A DNA stretch of 64,000 nt from Deltaproteobacteria bacterium. Lineage in GTDB: Bacteria; Desulfobacterota; GWC2-55-46; UBA9637. Below the pieces are notes generated by a model, which searched no databases, was not told the origin of the DNA, and saw only the letters and a program-made list of their open reading frames with translations. Positions 53,393 through 62,704 of the stretch are shown here, one piece after another; position 1 is the first letter of the stretch, and every line of letters starts with the position of its first letter. Made by a program: the position numbers and the translations under genes. The DNA is taken from contig JACRNJ010000010.1 in NCBI GenBank assembly GCA_016219285.1, positions 36,089 through 100,088 of the forward strand, in the 5' to 3' direction.

Positions 53393-54463
53393 TCAAAACC
53401 CCAGCAACTTAACCACCTTACCCAGCTCAGTCTCCGCTGTTATAGGCTTGTCAGATGACTTTATTGCTGTATCAGGGTCTTTCAGGCCATGCCCTGTCAA
53501 TGTGCAGACAATTGTATCGCCGTTTTTAAATATACCTTTTTTGTGCATCTTTATAACACCTGCCAGAGATGCGGCAGACGCAGGTTCACAGAATACCCCT
53601 TCCCTTGCAAGAAGCTTATACGCATAAATAATTTCATCATCAGACACCATGTCTATTATCCCGCCCGATTCATCCTTTGCCTTTACTGCATTTTCCCAGC
53701 TTGAAGGATTGCCGATTCTTATGGCAGATGCTATTGTCTCAGGATTTTTTATAGGATGACCCCTTACAATAGGAGCGGAGCCCTCTGCCTCAAATCCCAT
53801 CATCTTTGGCAGACTATCTGTTACCCCTCGTTCCTTAAATTCCTTATAACCTCTCCAGTATGCGGTTATATTGCCGGCATTCCCAACAGGCAGAAAATGG
53901 TATGTGGGCGCAAAACCCAGATGATTGCACACCTCAAATGCCGCAGTCTTCTGGCCTTCAAGCCTGTACGGATTTATTGAATTAACCAATGTTACAGGAT
54001 ACATCATGGAAACCTCTTTCACAATTATCAGGGCTTCGTCAAAATTCCCTTGTATCTGCACAACTTTTGCCCCATGCATCATTGCCTGTGACAACTTGCC
54101 AAGCGCAATCTTTCCTTCTGGTATCAGAACATAGGCCCTTAATCCTCCTCTTGCCGCATACGCAGCGGCAGCAGCAGAAGTATTTCCGGTTGAGGCGCAT
54201 ATTATGGCGTGAGAACCTTCTTCCTTTGCCTTCGATACCGCCATGGTCATGCCCCTGTCCTTGAAGGAGCCTGTTGGGTTCAGCCCCTCATATTTGAGGA
54301 ATATGTTTAAGCCTCTTTCAAACAACTCCCCCATAGTCAAAACCTCTATCAAAGGGGTATTGCCTTCCCTCAGGGTAACTACTGAGTCATCTTTTACCTT
54401 TGGCAAAAATTCCTGAAACTCCCTGATTACTCCGTTCCAATTGCGCGTTTTTGTTGCCTGCAC
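53393..54463 (-). CDS. thrC: Threonine synthase
   Basis: 356 aa. PLP-lysine motif [21 protein letters not shown]. Confidence 0.95.
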   Translation of the reverse strand: MQATKTRNWNGVIREFQEFLPKVKDDSVVTLREGNTPLIEVLTMGELFERGLNIFLKYEGLNPTGSFKDRGMTMAVSKAKEEGSHAIICASTGNTSAAAAAYAARGGLRAYVLIPEGKIALGKLSQAMMHGAKVVQIQGNFDEALIIVKEVSMMYPVTLVNSINPYRLEGQKTAAFEVCNHLGFAPTYHFLPVGNAGNITAYWRGYKEFKERGVTDSLPKMMGFEAEGSAPIVRGHPIKNPETIASAIRIGNPSSWENAVKAKDESGGIIDMVSDDEIIYAYKLLAREGVFCEPASAASLAGVIKMHKKGIFKNGDTIVCTLTGHGLKDPDTAIKSSDKPITAETELGKVVKLLGF

Positions 54464-54728
54464 AGATATCCTCCAAAATTATGGGGTGTGGAAAAATCCT
54501 TTACTGCCGCCTGCTTCCCACATCCGTAGTATTTAAAAAGACTATCAAAACAAGGTGAGAAAGTCATTAAGAATTTTCAACTTCCTTTTTACTATTTCTT
54601 TTACAGATGGCATAATAATGATGACAGCATTTTAAGGTTGAACTGCGATATTTAATTTGTTAAATTTGGATAGTGTAAAAACCAACATGAATTGTAGTCT
54701 GCCGATTTAATAAAAAAGGAGAACCAAT

Positions 54729-55061
54729 ATGAAAACATACTATGCGCCGGAAGATTTATCTAAATTTTCCACCATGGGCGAGGGTGCGCCAGAACTGTGG
54801 AAAAAATTTTCAGAATGGTATGGCGCTGTATTTGCCGAAGGCGCCCTTTCTGAAAGAGAAAAGGCCCTAATCGCACTGGGGGTTGCCCATGCTGTCCAGT
54901 GTCCCTATTGTATAGATGCCTATACTCAGACATGCCTTGAGAAAGGCTCAAATGAACAGCAGATGACAGAGGCCGTTCATGTGGCGGCAGCCATCAGGGG
55001 AGGCGCATCACTTGTTCACGGCGTGCAGATGAAGAATGTGGTAAAGAAGGTGTCTATCTAA
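54729..55061 (+). CDS. Carboxymuconolactone decarboxylase/AhpD-like protein (arsenosugar biosynthesis-associated peroxidase-like)
   Basis: 110 aa. CxxC in VQCPYCID. Directly upstream of arsS, the usual pairing. Confidence 0.6.
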   Translation: MKTYYAPEDLSKFSTMGEGAPELWKKFSEWYGAVFAEGALSEREKALIALGVAHAVQCPYCIDAYTQTCLEKGSNEQQMTEAVHVAAAIRGGASLVHGVQMKNVVKKVSI

Positions 55062-55077
55062 CTCCATAATCCAGCAG

Positions 55078-55134
55078 GTAGCCTGCCCATTTTATGGGCG
55101 CATTGTTACAAACGCCGATAAATCGGCAAACTAC
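55078..55134 (+). repeat. GTAG...CTAC REPIN-like doublet (cleanest copy)
   Basis: GTAG-cctgcccattttatgggcg-cattgttacaaa-cgccgataaatcggcaaa-CTAC. Confidence 0.85.
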
Positions 55135-55173
55135 TTTCATGTTTGATTTCTAAATTAATGTTAAAGGACAACT

Positions 55174-56160
55174 ATGAATAACCAATCCCATTACAAACCC
55201 TTTGACAACGCCTTACTGGAAAGTAGACTTTACCCTCTTACAGCAACCGGGATAAGCACCTTTCAGGTAAATGTCGGAAAACTGTGCAATCAGGCCTGCA
55301 AGCACTGCCATGTTGAAGCAGGGCCAAATAGGAATGAGGTAATGCGGAAAGAGACAATGGAGGCCTGCCTTACTGCCATTGAAAAAACCGATATCCCGAC
55401 CATTGACATAACAGGCGGGGCGCCTGAAATGAATCCAAATTTTCGCTGGCTTGTGCAAGAATTCAGAAATAGAAACCGCCATGTCATGGTTCGCTCAAAT
55501 CTGACAATCCTTACAGAACCTGATTATAAAAACCTTGCTGAATTTTTCGCGGAGAACAAAATAGAGGTGGTTGCCTCCCTCCCCTATTATCTGGAGCAGA
55601 CTTTAGACAGGCAGCGCGGGGAGGGCGTATTTAAAAAATCTATAGAAGCCATGAAACAACTAAACAGCATCGGCTACGGCAAAGAGGGTTCTGACCTGAT
55701 ATTGAATCTGGTTTATAATCCGGCGGGGGCGTTTCTCCCTCCTTCTCAAAAGCCGCTTGAGGCAGATTACAGGAGAGAGATGTTTAAAAGATATGGGATT
55801 GCATTTAACAACCTTTATACAATTACCAATATGCCAATAGGCCGCTTTTTGAAGTATCTCAATATATCCCAAAATTACAATTCATACATGGAAAAACTTG
55901 CCTCAACCTATAATCCGAATGCTGCATCTCAAGTGATGTGCAGATATACATTATCGGTTGCATGGGACGGCTCGCTGTATGACTGCGATTTTAACCAGAT
56001 GCTCGGCATGACCGTAAATCACGGCGCACCATCTAATATCAAAGAATTTAATTTAGCTAAACTGTGCAACAGGCGAATTGTAACCGGCACCCACTGCTAT
56101 GGCTGCACAGCAGGCGCAGGCTCAAGCTGCGGCGGGGCTCTGTGGTATAAAACACTATAA
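55174..56160 (+). CDS. arsS: Arsenosugar biosynthesis radical SAM protein ArsS (radical SAM / Cys-rich domain family)
   Basis: 328 aa. CNQACKHC radical SAM motif near the N-terminus, C-terminal Cys-rich tail (CYGCTAGAGSSCGG). Confidence 0.75.
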   Translation: MNNQSHYKPFDNALLESRLYPLTATGISTFQVNVGKLCNQACKHCHVEAGPNRNEVMRKETMEACLTAIEKTDIPTIDITGGAPEMNPNFRWLVQEFRNRNRHVMVRSNLTILTEPDYKNLAEFFAENKIEVVASLPYYLEQTLDRQRGEGVFKKSIEAMKQLNSIGYGKEGSDLILNLVYNPAGAFLPPSQKPLEADYRREMFKRYGIAFNNLYTITNMPIGRFLKYLNISQNYNSYMEKLASTYNPNAASQVMCRYTLSVAWDGSLYDCDFNQMLGMTVNHGAPSNIKEFNLAKLCNRRIVTGTHCYGCTAGAGSSCGGALWYKTL

Positions 56161-58176
56161 TATGGTTGGATCAGGAATAAATGCTGGCCGCCACTCATTG
56201 ATTTCCAGATGGCGGCGGATTTCCTGCTCAAATCCTTCTGGTATATCGTAATATGTCCTGATAAAGAGATTTATATCAGCAGGCAACGGTTCTTTTTTAC
56301 CCGCGCAAAGCTCTATATAGTTTTTTAATTTTATTTTCCTGCCTTCTGTCGTGTCGTTAGGCCTGATACAGAGTTTAGCTGCAAGAGGCAGGGCTTGCTC
56401 AATAGTTTCAGCAAAACATAAAAGGTGTTGCGGCGCAGGGCCTGTTGGGACTATATCCCCGAGTCTCGTATCCTTTACCTGCCAGAGTCTATCCTGCCCG
56501 ATAAGGTGAATACCATAGTTTTTGAACATCGGCCCGAAGATAACAGGGATGCCGAGCCTTGCCATACCCAGCGCAGAAGAGAATGCCTTCTGCGTGAATG
56601 CGCCCCAGAGTATTACTACTGCGCCAACCCTGTTTATTATATAGTCTGCAATTTCTTTGTAATTATTCTCCGGTTTTCTGTGGCACATTATCTGGGCGAT
56701 TTTTATGCAGGCCCCGATAAGATGAGAAGCAGATACACATGAACCAAGATTTGTTAGGTTTCTGCTGTCAAAAGAGTCAGGATTGTCTTTGAACAAATCT
56801 CCTTTTGCAACATCCATTGAGGCACAGCCGCCAGTGGAAACAATATATCCCCTATTTAGAAATTCTCGGGCAAACATATTAGCAATTGAATCTTCTGGCT
56901 TCTGACTTCTGACTTCTGACTTCTGACTTGCCTCCGGACATCCAAATATCCCTACAATTCCGGGAATCTCACCCATCACAATAGACGGCGCAACTCCCCT
57001 TATTTCACCATCTCGTATAGGGCCGCGGCCAATCCGTAAAAAAGAGTTCGGGGTTCGGAGTTCGGAGTTCGGAGTTTTACTGCCTGCTGCCCCCTGCTTA
57101 AAGCCTGCAGGGGCAGGCCCCTGCCCACTGCCTACTAACTTCAATGCTGCCTCTGCTGCCTTTTTCTTATCCAGAATAATACCCGTCCCATTCTTCAAAA
57201 TATATTCTGACGACTTGTCCAACGGCATGTCCGTTAAATCTCTAAGTCCAAGCGCCGTCTCTTGTGTTGTTGCAATAAGCATACTATTAACCTTACCCGC
57301 CTCGGCAACCACATCCGGCCTTATGCACTGTGTGTCCATAATAACAACATCCGCAATGCCTGATTTAATAACATCCAATTGCATAGCCTGATTGCCTATT
57401 ACCTTAAAACCATGACTATGCCTCGCTGAATCTGATGCTGCACAGCACAGGCCGCAGACCTCCACCTTATCCTTAATACCTCTACTTTCAAGAAGGTGCA
57501 TAATTTCATGGGCAACAGATGAGTTGTGACCAATTATAAGTATTACAGGCTTTGATGTATCAACAGTTTCTAATCCGATAGCTATTATTGGCGAATTGGA
57601 TTCGCCCTTTGGCATGTTCATGGCAGATATCTGCGCAATGTCTGCCACTTCCATGGCAAGGTTATCCAGCATACCTGCATGAAGCGTCTTGCTTACAAAA
57701 TCATCAGGGGATGCCTCTGTGCCGAAGTTTATGGAGGAGAGGAGGTGATTTAACTGGCCTTCTATATAGGTAAGAATATTTCTCAACTCACCCATGTTTT
57801 TTGGCTTACAGCCTGTTATAAGCGTTGTGATTGGAGTTGCTATAGCGGTATGCAGGCCGGTATCTACACGACACTCTTTATCGAACCTGTCTATTAAGTT
57901 TTCTATAAGTCTTACAGCGTGAGATGTATGACCCGATGTTCCTATAACAGCATCTAATAAAATCTCTCTTGCCTTGAAACCAGTTTCATCAATGCCGCAT
58001 TTTCCAACCCCCCCTCCCCCCCCCTTTGTTAAATGGGGGGCAGGGGGGGTTGGCCTGCACGGCCCCATGGCACACAGGTGGCAGGCCTTATTAGACTTTG
58101 AAAATATTGGCAGGTATCTTTCAAGCAGGGTTAAATCCCAGTCTCTTAAATCAAATATATCTAAATATGGTTTCAT
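56155..58176 (-). CDS. Ni-CODH (CooS)-like protein, prismane/CODH family, carrying several repeat-derived in-frame inserts
   Basis: 673 aa. The following line up with CooS B- and C-cluster regions: C-x2-C-x4-C (CHLCAMGPCR) then KCG, GTSGHTSHA, IIGHNSS, CGLCCAA, MDTQCIRPD, GGCASMD, LGSCVSA. Enzyme specificity not established. Confidence 0.55.
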   Translation of the reverse strand: MKPYLDIFDLRDWDLTLLERYLPIFSKSNKACHLCAMGPCRPTPPAPHLTKGGGGGVGKCGIDETGFKAREILLDAVIGTSGHTSHAVRLIENLIDRFDKECRVDTGLHTAIATPITTLITGCKPKNMGELRNILTYIEGQLNHLLSSINFGTEASPDDFVSKTLHAGMLDNLAMEVADIAQISAMNMPKGESNSPIIAIGLETVDTSKPVILIIGHNSSVAHEIMHLLESRGIKDKVEVCGLCCAASDSARHSHGFKVIGNQAMQLDVIKSGIADVVIMDTQCIRPDVVAEAGKVNSMLIATTQETALGLRDLTDMPLDKSSEYILKNGTGIILDKKKAAEAALKLVGSGQGPAPAGFKQGAAGSKTPNSELRTPNSFLRIGRGPIRDGEIRGVAPSIVMGEIPGIVGIFGCPEASQKSEVRSQKPEDSIANMFAREFLNRGYIVSTGGCASMDVAKGDLFKDNPDSFDSRNLTNLGSCVSASHLIGACIKIAQIMCHRKPENNYKEIADYIINRVGAVVILWGAFTQKAFSSALGMARLGIPVIFGPMFKNYGIHLIGQDRLWQVKDTRLGDIVPTGPAPQHLLCFAETIEQALPLAAKLCIRPNDTTEGRKIKLKNYIELCAGKKEPLPADINLFIRTYYDIPEGFEQEIRRHLEINEWRPAFIPDPTIL
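56892..56930. repeat. (TTCTGAC)n heptamer array inside the CooS-like gene
   Basis: cttctgacttctgacttctgacttctgactt. Sense-strand translation SQKSEVRSQKPE. Confidence 0.8.
57044..57078. repeat. (GTTCGGR)n heptamer array inside the CooS-like gene
   Basis: gagttcggggttcggagttcggagttcggagtttt. Sense translation KTPNSELRTPNS. Confidence 0.8.
57089..57119 (-). repeat. PAGFKQG hairpin element, copy e (in frame in the CooS-like gene)
   Basis: The reverse complement is ggcctgcccctgcaggctttaagcagggggc, identical to the secA copy. Confidence 0.85.
58004..58053. repeat. C-run/G-run hairpin in frame in the CooS-like gene
   Basis: ccaaccccccctccccccccctttgttaaatggggggcagggggggttgg. Sense translation PTPPAPHLTKGGGGGVG, located between the CxxCxxxxC motif and the next Cys. 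Confidence 0.7.
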
Positions 58177-58230
58177 CGGCAGGATGTATGATTGTAAGAA
58201 AATGCTATTGCATTTTCTGTGTTAAGTTCT

Positions 58231-59133
58231 TCATAAAAGGAATATTACTATCATGGCAATACCAGTTGTCAAATGGGCGACAACAGCAGCCTTTATGCAA
58301 GGAAGCATTTCTTTAAACTTGTCATAATTTTTAAACAGACCATTTACAGCCTTTATGCCAAATACGCCTGTGAATACGGCAAACAGCACAATGGCCGGCA
58401 GCAGATTTAACAAAACTCCGATTACAATACTGGCATAAGCCCCGACCATAAGCATGGCAAAACCCCATCTTGCGTTCTTCTTTCCAAGCCGCACGACCAT
58501 CTGATTCTTTGCCACAGCTTTATCAGCATCATAATCAGGGAATTCATTTATATACAGTATGGCTGCTATGAGAAATGACAAGGGCAGAGCGGCAAACACC
58601 GCGCTCACGGAAAAAGTCTGTGTCTGCACATAGTACGAACCAGCTACAGACAGAATACCGAAGTTAATGCCAACCAGCAGTTCTCCCACTCCCCTGCCTA
58701 CAAGGAAAAGCGGCGGCGCAGAATAGAAATAGCCGGATACAAACCCAAGGCAGCCAATCAGGAGCAACGGCAATCCTCTTTCATACACAAGATAGACTCC
58801 TATTGCACTCCCTATCATAAGGCAGGCGGCTCCAAGGAGATAGGTCTCTTGAGCCGTCATAATCTTATTTTGAATCATCCTGCTGCCGCCGGTAAAAGGC
58901 GTAATACCGGTGCGGTTTATATTGTCTGTCCCGTTGAGATAATCAAAGTAGTCATTTAATACATTCATACCGGCATGATAAAAGATGGCTGCGAGAATGG
59001 ATAACAGAAAATAGCCTAAGGTGAATATTTTGTGCTCATACCATGCAACTGCCGCACCCAAGGTAACAGGAAGTATAATTGCAGTAAAAAATTGAGGACG
59101 GGTAGCAAGGAAGTAGGTTTTTAATCTTTGCAA
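58231..59133 (-). CDS. UbiA-family prenyltransferase, MenA-like
   Basis: 300 aa, about 8-9 TM segments, NDYFDYLNGTD Asp-rich motif. Confidence 0.65.
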   Translation of the reverse strand: MQRLKTYFLATRPQFFTAIILPVTLGAAVAWYEHKIFTLGYFLLSILAAIFYHAGMNVLNDYFDYLNGTDNINRTGITPFTGGSRMIQNKIMTAQETYLLGAACLMIGSAIGVYLVYERGLPLLLIGCLGFVSGYFYSAPPLFLVGRGVGELLVGINFGILSVAGSYYVQTQTFSVSAVFAALPLSFLIAAILYINEFPDYDADKAVAKNQMVVRLGKKNARWGFAMLMVGAYASIVIGVLLNLLPAIVLFAVFTGVFGIKAVNGLFKNYDKFKEMLPCIKAAVVAHLTTGIAMIVIFLL

Positions 59134-59200
59134 GGATTGAACCTCTATAAAACATGGACTGGCGGCTAGGGATTAGGGGCTAGTAAATTACTACAGACAT

Positions 59201-60481
59201 CTAACTTTTTGCCAGATCCTCTCCCTTTATCAAATCCTTATAAGACTCCCTTTCTCTTATTACAGAGAATTTGTTCCCCTTTACCATAACCTCAGCAGCC
59301 CTCGGTCTTGAGTTATAGTTGCTGGACATGGAAAAACCATAGGCTCCTGCGCTCATTATGGCCATCAAATCGCCTGATTTAAAGTAGAGAAGCTCCCTAT
59401 CCTTCGCAAAGAAATCTCCGGATTCACATATAGGGCCTACCACATCGGCGGTAATCTCTCCCTGCTTAAAATCTGCGGGGACATGCTTGCCGGAATTTTT
59501 CCCGACCGCCTTTATTGCATGATAAGAACCGTAAAGGCTCGGCCTTGCAAGGTCGTTCATGGCAGCGTCAACAATGATAAAATTCTTCTCGGTGCCCTGT
59601 TTTGTGTATAACACCTTTGTAACTAATATACCGGCATTCCCCACCATGACCCTGCCCGGCTCAAATATCAGCGTCACACCCAAGCGCTTTGTCGCATCAA
59701 TCACCGCCTTGCCGTATTTGCTCGGATGCGGCGCATTCTCGTCCTTGTAAGTTATACCAAGGCCGCCGCCCATATCCAGATATTTTACCTCAATCCCCTC
59801 ACTCCCAAGCGTTGTGATAATCTCTTTTGTCTTTTTGAGGGCGTCAATAAACGGAGAAAGCTGCGTAAGCTGTGAACCGATATGGCAGTCAACGCCGATA
59901 GGGGTAAGATTTTTCAGATTGTTTTTTGCATAAACGTATTCCTTAATAGCCTGCTCTGTCTCTATACCGAATTTATTTTTCTTGAGCCCGGTTGAAACAT
60001 ACGGGTGCGTCTTTGGGTCAACATTCGGATTTACCCGTATGGCAAAGCCGGCCTTTTTCTTCAGCCTGCCTGCGATTTTATTTATTGCCCGCAGCTCTTC
60101 AGGGGATTCAACATTGAACATGAGTATGCCGGCCTTCAAGGCATATTCAATTTCATCTTCCCTCTTTCCGACACCTGAATAGACTATCTTTTTAGGATTC
60201 GCCCCGGCCTTTAGCGACCTGAAAAGCTCTCCGCCTGAAACAATATCAACACCGCTCCCTGCTTTGATAAAGGTATTCAGCACTGAAATATTTGAATTCG
60301 CCTTTACAGAATAGCAGATAAGATGCGGCACGGTTTCAAATGCCTCATCAAAGGCCGCGTAATGCCGAGTCAGTGTCTTGTGACTGTAAATATAACACGG
60401 CGTTCCAACCTCTTTAGCGATTTTTTCTATGGATACGGCTTCGGCGTAGAATTTATTTTTCTTGTAGGTGAAAAAGTGCAT
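59201..60481 (-). CDS. lysA: Diaminopimelate decarboxylase
   Basis: 426 aa. PLP-lysine region CYSVKAN, GGGLGI, ICESGD motif. Confidence 0.93.
   Translation of the reverse strand: MHFFTYKKNKFYAEAVSIEKIAKEVGTPCYIYSHKTLTRHYAAFDEAFETVPHLICYSVKANSNISVLNTFIKAGSGVDIVSGGELFRSLKAGANPKKIVYSGVGKREDEIEYALKAGILMFNVESPEELRAINKIAGRLKKKAGFAIRVNPNVDPKTHPYVSTGLKKNKFGIETEQAIKEYVYAKNNLKNLTPIGVDCHIGSQLTQLSPFIDALKKTKEIITTLGSEGIEVKYLDMGGGLGITYKDENAPHPSKYGKAVIDATKRLGVTLIFEPGRVMVGNAGILVTKVLYTKQGTEKNFIIVDAAMNDLARPSLYGSYHAIKAVGKNSGKHVPADFKQGEITADVVGPICESGDFFAKDRELLYFKSGDLMAIMSAGAYGFSMSSNYNSRPRAAEVMVKGNKFSVIRERESYKDLIKGEDLAKS
59459..59488 (-). repeat. PAGFKQG hairpin element, copy f (in frame in lysA; reads KHVPADFKQG)
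   Basis: The reverse complement is aagcatgtccccgcagattttaagcaggga. Differs at two positions from the argJ copy. Confidence 0.85.
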
Positions 60482-60595
60482 TGATTAAGATTCCTCCTTG
60501 TAAAAAGGCATGGGATGCCGGATGTTTGAACAACTGATATCAGCGGTTTGAAAGCGTCGGCTTTAAAATCCGCCTGAGCGAATTACTGGAAATGA

Positions 60596-60828
60596 TTAGA
60601 GTAAGTTCAAAAAATCTTCAACAGTTATTTCTGCATCTCTTAATAGTTTACGCAAGAGACCCTTACCGAGCCGAGCATTGCATGATTAGGGATAGTCAGA
60701 GGTTGTTTGCCCTTGTTTGTTTTATGACGCATTCTGATGTGGCTGCCTTTTTGACGAATAATTTGATAATCCAACTTCCCGAATGTTTTTATAGCTGCTT
60801 TTGCAGATATTAAAGGCAGTTTAGGCAT
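60596..60828 (-). pseudogene. hicA: HicA-family toxin, frameshifted near its 3' end
   Basis: The N-terminal 50 residues are HicA-like (GSHIRMRHK...LTIPNH). The annotated frame ends in MLGSVRVSCVNY*, whereas the family-like tail GKGLLRKLLRDAEITVEDFLNLL* is in another frame and ends at 60596. Confidence 0.7.
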
Positions 60829-61051
60829 AGGATAAAGTGGAGAAGATTAACTCTTGAGGATGAAAGTTTTTAAGGGCCTCTTTATTTTCTTTTTCTTCAA
60901 GACACAAATCTATTACTTCTCTTATATTTTCCATAGCCTCATCTATAGTTTTGCCCTGGGTGTAACAACCGCTAAAAAGAGGACATTCCACAACATAAAA
61001 GCCGTCTTCATCTTTTTCAATCAAAATAGGCAACTGATACTGTTTTTTCAT
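60821..61051 (-). CDS. hicB: HicB-family antitoxin
   Basis: 76 aa. ILIEKDEDGFYVVECPLFSGCYTQGKTIDEAMENIREVI is the UPF0150/HicB pattern. Overlaps hicA by 8 nt. Confidence 0.85.
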   Translation of the reverse strand: MKKQYQLPILIEKDEDGFYVVECPLFSGCYTQGKTIDEAMENIREVIDLCLEEKENKEALKNFHPQELIFSTLSYA

Positions 61052-61109
61052 TTCTCACCTCTCTTTTAAGACATCATATTAGCATTGAGATTTCAAGAGA
61101 TAAACTATT

Positions 61110-61331
61110 CTACTTTATCCATGCCGTCTCCTGCGGCGGCTTTGGCGGCGCCTTTTTGCCGCAACCTATAACTAGAGTGAACAGTGAAAAGTGAAGAGTG
61201 AATAGTAATAAAAATATTAAATACTTTGTAGTCTGCTGATTTATCAGCGATTTTAAATACGCCCAATGAATTGGGCAACTACACTCCTGACCTTTTAACT
61301 CTCTGCCACTTTGACTCTTTGACACTTTCAT
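61110..61331 (-). CDS. Putative small lipoprotein (LptM/YifL-like), start uncertain
   Basis: Lipobox VIGCGKK followed by a Pro-rich tail, in the usual position between argH and lysA. Most of the upstream ORF is repeat sequence. Confidence 0.4.
   Translation of the reverse strand: MKVSKSQSGRELKGQECSCPIHWAYLKSLINQQTTKYLIFLLLFTLHFSLFTLVIGCGKKAPPKPPQETAWIK
61228..61282 (+). repeat. GTAG...CTAC REPIN-like doublet (variant hairpins)
   Basis: GTAG-tctgctgatttatcagcg-attttaaatac-gcccaatgaattgggcaa-CTAC, itself enclosed by heptamer-array arms. Confidence 0.8.
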
Positions 61332-62704
61332 TTCAGCGCCCTTTCTATCTCCTTCAATCTCTTTTTAACAGCTTCCAGCGCTGTCCCGCCTTTCACCTTC
61401 CTGTTGTCGACGGAAGCCTCTACGGAAATTGCTTTTTTAATATCTTTATCAAACACCTTTGAAAAACCCTTCCATTCATCAACAGACAAATCCTCCAAAC
61501 CTTGCGATGTCTTAATGCAATAGGCAACTATCTTGCCGATAATGTGATGGCCTTCTCTGAACGGAATGCCTTTTTTAACCAGGTAATCCGCCGCATCGGT
61601 TGCGGTGAGAAAGCCGCCCTTTGTGGCATCAAGCATTCTCTCTTTATTTATTTTCATTGTCTGCAGCATTGGCGAAAAAATTTTGATGCACTTCTTTATT
61701 GTGTCTACGGTGTCAAACAAAGCCTCTTTGTCTTCCTGTATATCTTTATTGTATGCAAGAGGCAGGGATTTCATTGTTGTTAAGAGGGAAAAAAGATTTC
61801 CATACACTCTGCCTGTCTTTCCCCTTACAAGCTCCGGCACATCAGGATTCTTCTTTTGCGGCATGATGGATGAACCGGTGGAAAAAGCATCGGATAATTC
61901 TATAAAGTCAAATTCATGAGAAGACCATAAAATAAGTTCTTCGCTCAACCTGCTCAAGTGCATCATCACAAGAGAGGCAGCGCTGCAAAATTCTATGCAA
62001 AAATCCCTGTCGCTTACGCTGTCAAGGCTGTTATCTGTTGGTTTATCAAAACCAAGCTCATTTGCAACAAAATCCCTGTCCAGAGGATATGGACTGCCTG
62101 CCAATGCGCCTGCGCCAAGCGGCATGACGTTCACACGCTTATAGCAGCCTTCAAATCTTTCATAATCCCTTTTCATCATTTCATAATACGCAAGAAGGTG
62201 ATGGCTGAATAAAATCGGCTGCGCCTTCTGGAGATGGGTATAGCCAGGCATGATGCAGCCAAGGTTTTTCTTTGCAACATCCACCAACGTCTTTTGCAAA
62301 TTTTTTATTAAATTTTGAATCTCTTTAATCTCATCCCGTAAATACAACCTAATATCAAGCGCAACCTGATCGTTCCTAGACCTTGCAGTATGCAGTTTTC
62401 CACCCACAGGCCCGATCTTTTCCGTCAGCCTTTTTTCAATCGCCATATGTATATCTTCTAAATCATATGTAAATACAAATTTACTGGCATCAATCTCTTT
62501 TTCAATGCTCTTTAAGCCGCCAACAATTTTATCCGCCTCTTTCTTGGTAATAATTCCCGCCTTTGCCAGCATCTTCGCATGGGCAATAGAACCCATAATG
62601 TCGTGTTTATAGAGCCGCCTATCAAATGAGATAGAGGCATTGAACTCTTCTGCAAGTTTATCGGTCTTTTGTGTAAAACGGCCTGACCAGGGTTTCAGTG
62701 GCAT
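61328..62704 (-). CDS. argH: Argininosuccinate lyase
   Basis: 458 aa. Fumarate-lyase signature [12 protein letters not shown]. The start overlaps the lysC stop (TAATG). Confidence 0.96.
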   Translation of the reverse strand: MPLKPWSGRFTQKTDKLAEEFNASISFDRRLYKHDIMGSIAHAKMLAKAGIITKKEADKIVGGLKSIEKEIDASKFVFTYDLEDIHMAIEKRLTEKIGPVGGKLHTARSRNDQVALDIRLYLRDEIKEIQNLIKNLQKTLVDVAKKNLGCIMPGYTHLQKAQPILFSHHLLAYYEMMKRDYERFEGCYKRVNVMPLGAGALAGSPYPLDRDFVANELGFDKPTDNSLDSVSDRDFCIEFCSAASLVMMHLSRLSEELILWSSHEFDFIELSDAFSTGSSIMPQKKNPDVPELVRGKTGRVYGNLFSLLTTMKSLPLAYNKDIQEDKEALFDTVDTIKKCIKIFSPMLQTMKINKERMLDATKGGFLTATDAADYLVKKGIPFREGHHIIGKIVAYCIKTSQGLEDLSVDEWKGFSKVFDKDIKKAISVEASVDNRKVKGGTALEAVKKRLKEIERALK

